Shown here in pieces: positions 60,719 through 64,000 of a DNA stretch of 64,000 bases. How positions within the stretch are numbered: the first letter of the stretch is position 1; the number at the start of each line of letters is the position of its first letter. Origin of the DNA: Octopus vulgaris. Taxonomy: Eukaryota. Both the position numbers and the translations under genes were made by a program. The notes beneath the pieces were generated by a model. That model had not been told where the DNA came from. It did not search any database and was given only the letters and a program-made list of their open reading frames with translations. The stretch lies in NCBI GenBank assembly GCA_951406725.2, contig OX597816.1, positions 138,570,001-138,634,000 on the forward strand. Reading direction: 5' to 3'.

Positions 60719-62389
60719 GCATGCATAAAATCATACATATATATGAGCTTTGTATCACTGAAATCTAAATATCACACAGTCAACAGATAACATCCTAAAT
60801 AATAAAGATGAAATCTTCTCTCCCTGCATACAATATTTCACACTTAAACACTTCAAAGAGGAAGCACCTCCTGCGCCGCAAATCCAACCAGAATAGCCGC
60901 TTTCCTGAATGTGAAGTTTGAATATACATAACACACGAACGCCACACACACACAAGAGATATTTCCCCGTGATGAACTACTTCAGCGCACAAGCATACGA
61001 GCATAACGTACACCCAGAGTATAATATAAGATAATGCAAACAAATTTCCTACCCGACACGACTGTTTGCCCAGAAGTCAAACCCAAGGGAGAAAACCACT
61101 CAAAAAATGTCCTCCAAAAATAGCGCCGCTTGGTTTATTGTTTTCACGAGAATTTACGAGAATCTCTGCGAATTTGTATTTGAATGTGTGTTTGTTTGTG
61201 TGTGTGTATGTGTGTGAGTATGTGTTTGTGTATGTACATTATCTTATATTTTTAATCATTTGAAATTTCTCTGCGAGAAAAGAGTTGGTTTCTAAAAAAT
61301 ATACCAAGCTCCATCACATTTTAAATTTGAGAAGTCTTGCATAATTTTACGGTTCCGCTTATCGCTTGTATTTTTAATGCGCGAGTAAGGTGGTTGGCTA
61401 ATTATCTTGAAAACCTCTGCCTATCCGGATTATCGCTTAAATATATAATCACAGAACCAAGTGCACCCATTATTGTTGGTATAACTATGGATTTATAATC
61501 TAGCAACTGAAGCTGATAGTTTAAAGTGGTTGACTCTAGTTATCCTATTTTTCTTTGACAAAGATATTCTCAGCAGCAGGGTAACTGACCTCTATAAATT
61601 GGGCGTATTTTTTCTTGTCTGTCCCAAACAACAATATCTAACCTGCTATGTTTGCATTTGAAGAGCTTTTGATGGAAATGTTGCGCCAATATTCCTTGTG
61701 TTTATGTACGTATTCAATAACAAGGGGTTTTCTATATGTATGCATCTATGTATGTATATATGTATGTATTTATGTATGTCAGGTCGCTCTTGGGCGCTAC
61801 TGGCAACATGTACCCCAGTACAACCCGTTGTATGGTCGGGTCATCGGCGAGGGTGAATAATAGATACCCTGCAGGATGAAAAATAAAACCTGCCAAAGGA
61901 CGGAAAAGCTCATGAGCAGTCAATGGTCATCTAACAGTATGTGTACGTATGTATCTATGCATGTATGTATGCACGGGGAGGTGGAAATATCTGGGTCTGT
62001 GTCCAGGCGCGCGGTTGGCCCATTGGGAGCGGGAGGCCCTTCTGTTGTTGTCATGACATCTCTCTTGGAGAGGGGAAACTCTGAGAGAAAACCTTCGACC
62101 ATGACAATATGCGATGATGTAGACTAGTTCTTCTTTTCGAGTTTCTGTTGACCATGTTCAGAGAGTGGGGGTTAATTTGTGCAATCTTTTCCCCACTATA
62201 AAAAATCCTCATGCACAAGCATCGCTTAAAAAAGAAAGTAAGACCTATCGCAAAAATGGCTTGTCGTAGCCTTCGCATGTGTGGGACTTCCGATCAGGCG
62301 ATGGCAATACTCAAACACGAGCTTGCAGCCATCATGTATGCATGTATAGATGGGGTGGTCGTGGTCGTGGTTGTTGGTGACAACGACGA

Positions 62390-63885
<1,496 letters not shown>

Positions 63886-64000
63886 TGCAAAATAATAAAA
63901 ATATTGAAAACAGCGATGGGTGGCGACGAGGCGAAACTATCAGAAATGGCGCGAAAATATAAGCTGTCGGTGATAAATGAGCTGTGGGATATAATAGCGA

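Overview
AT-rich, extremely microsatellite-dense eukaryotic DNA. The repeat landscape resembles an octopus/cephalopod genome; that attribution is pattern recognition, not a database result. I found no convincing host protein-coding gene, and nearly all tracked ORFs are microsatellite artefacts. The window is a graveyard of mobile DNA: many tRNA-headed SINEs, truncated non-LTR retrotransposons (R4/Dong-like, L1/Tx1-like, HERO-like, CR1/L2-like), a Penelope-like RT fragment, Tc1/mariner, pogo/Tigger, hAT and piggyBac relics or MITEs, and a head-to-tail Helitron dimer. The most striking signal is about a dozen intact or decayed minimal type I hammerhead ribozyme (HHR) motifs from apparently unrelated families. 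Several sit as back-to-back pairs inside DNA palindromes, the best being a ~330-bp near-perfect palindrome at 47685-48013. One palindrome (17083-17673) couples a tRNA-like Pol III head to an HHR. All folds and translations were done by eye, and boundaries are approximate unless anchored by a TSD or TIR.
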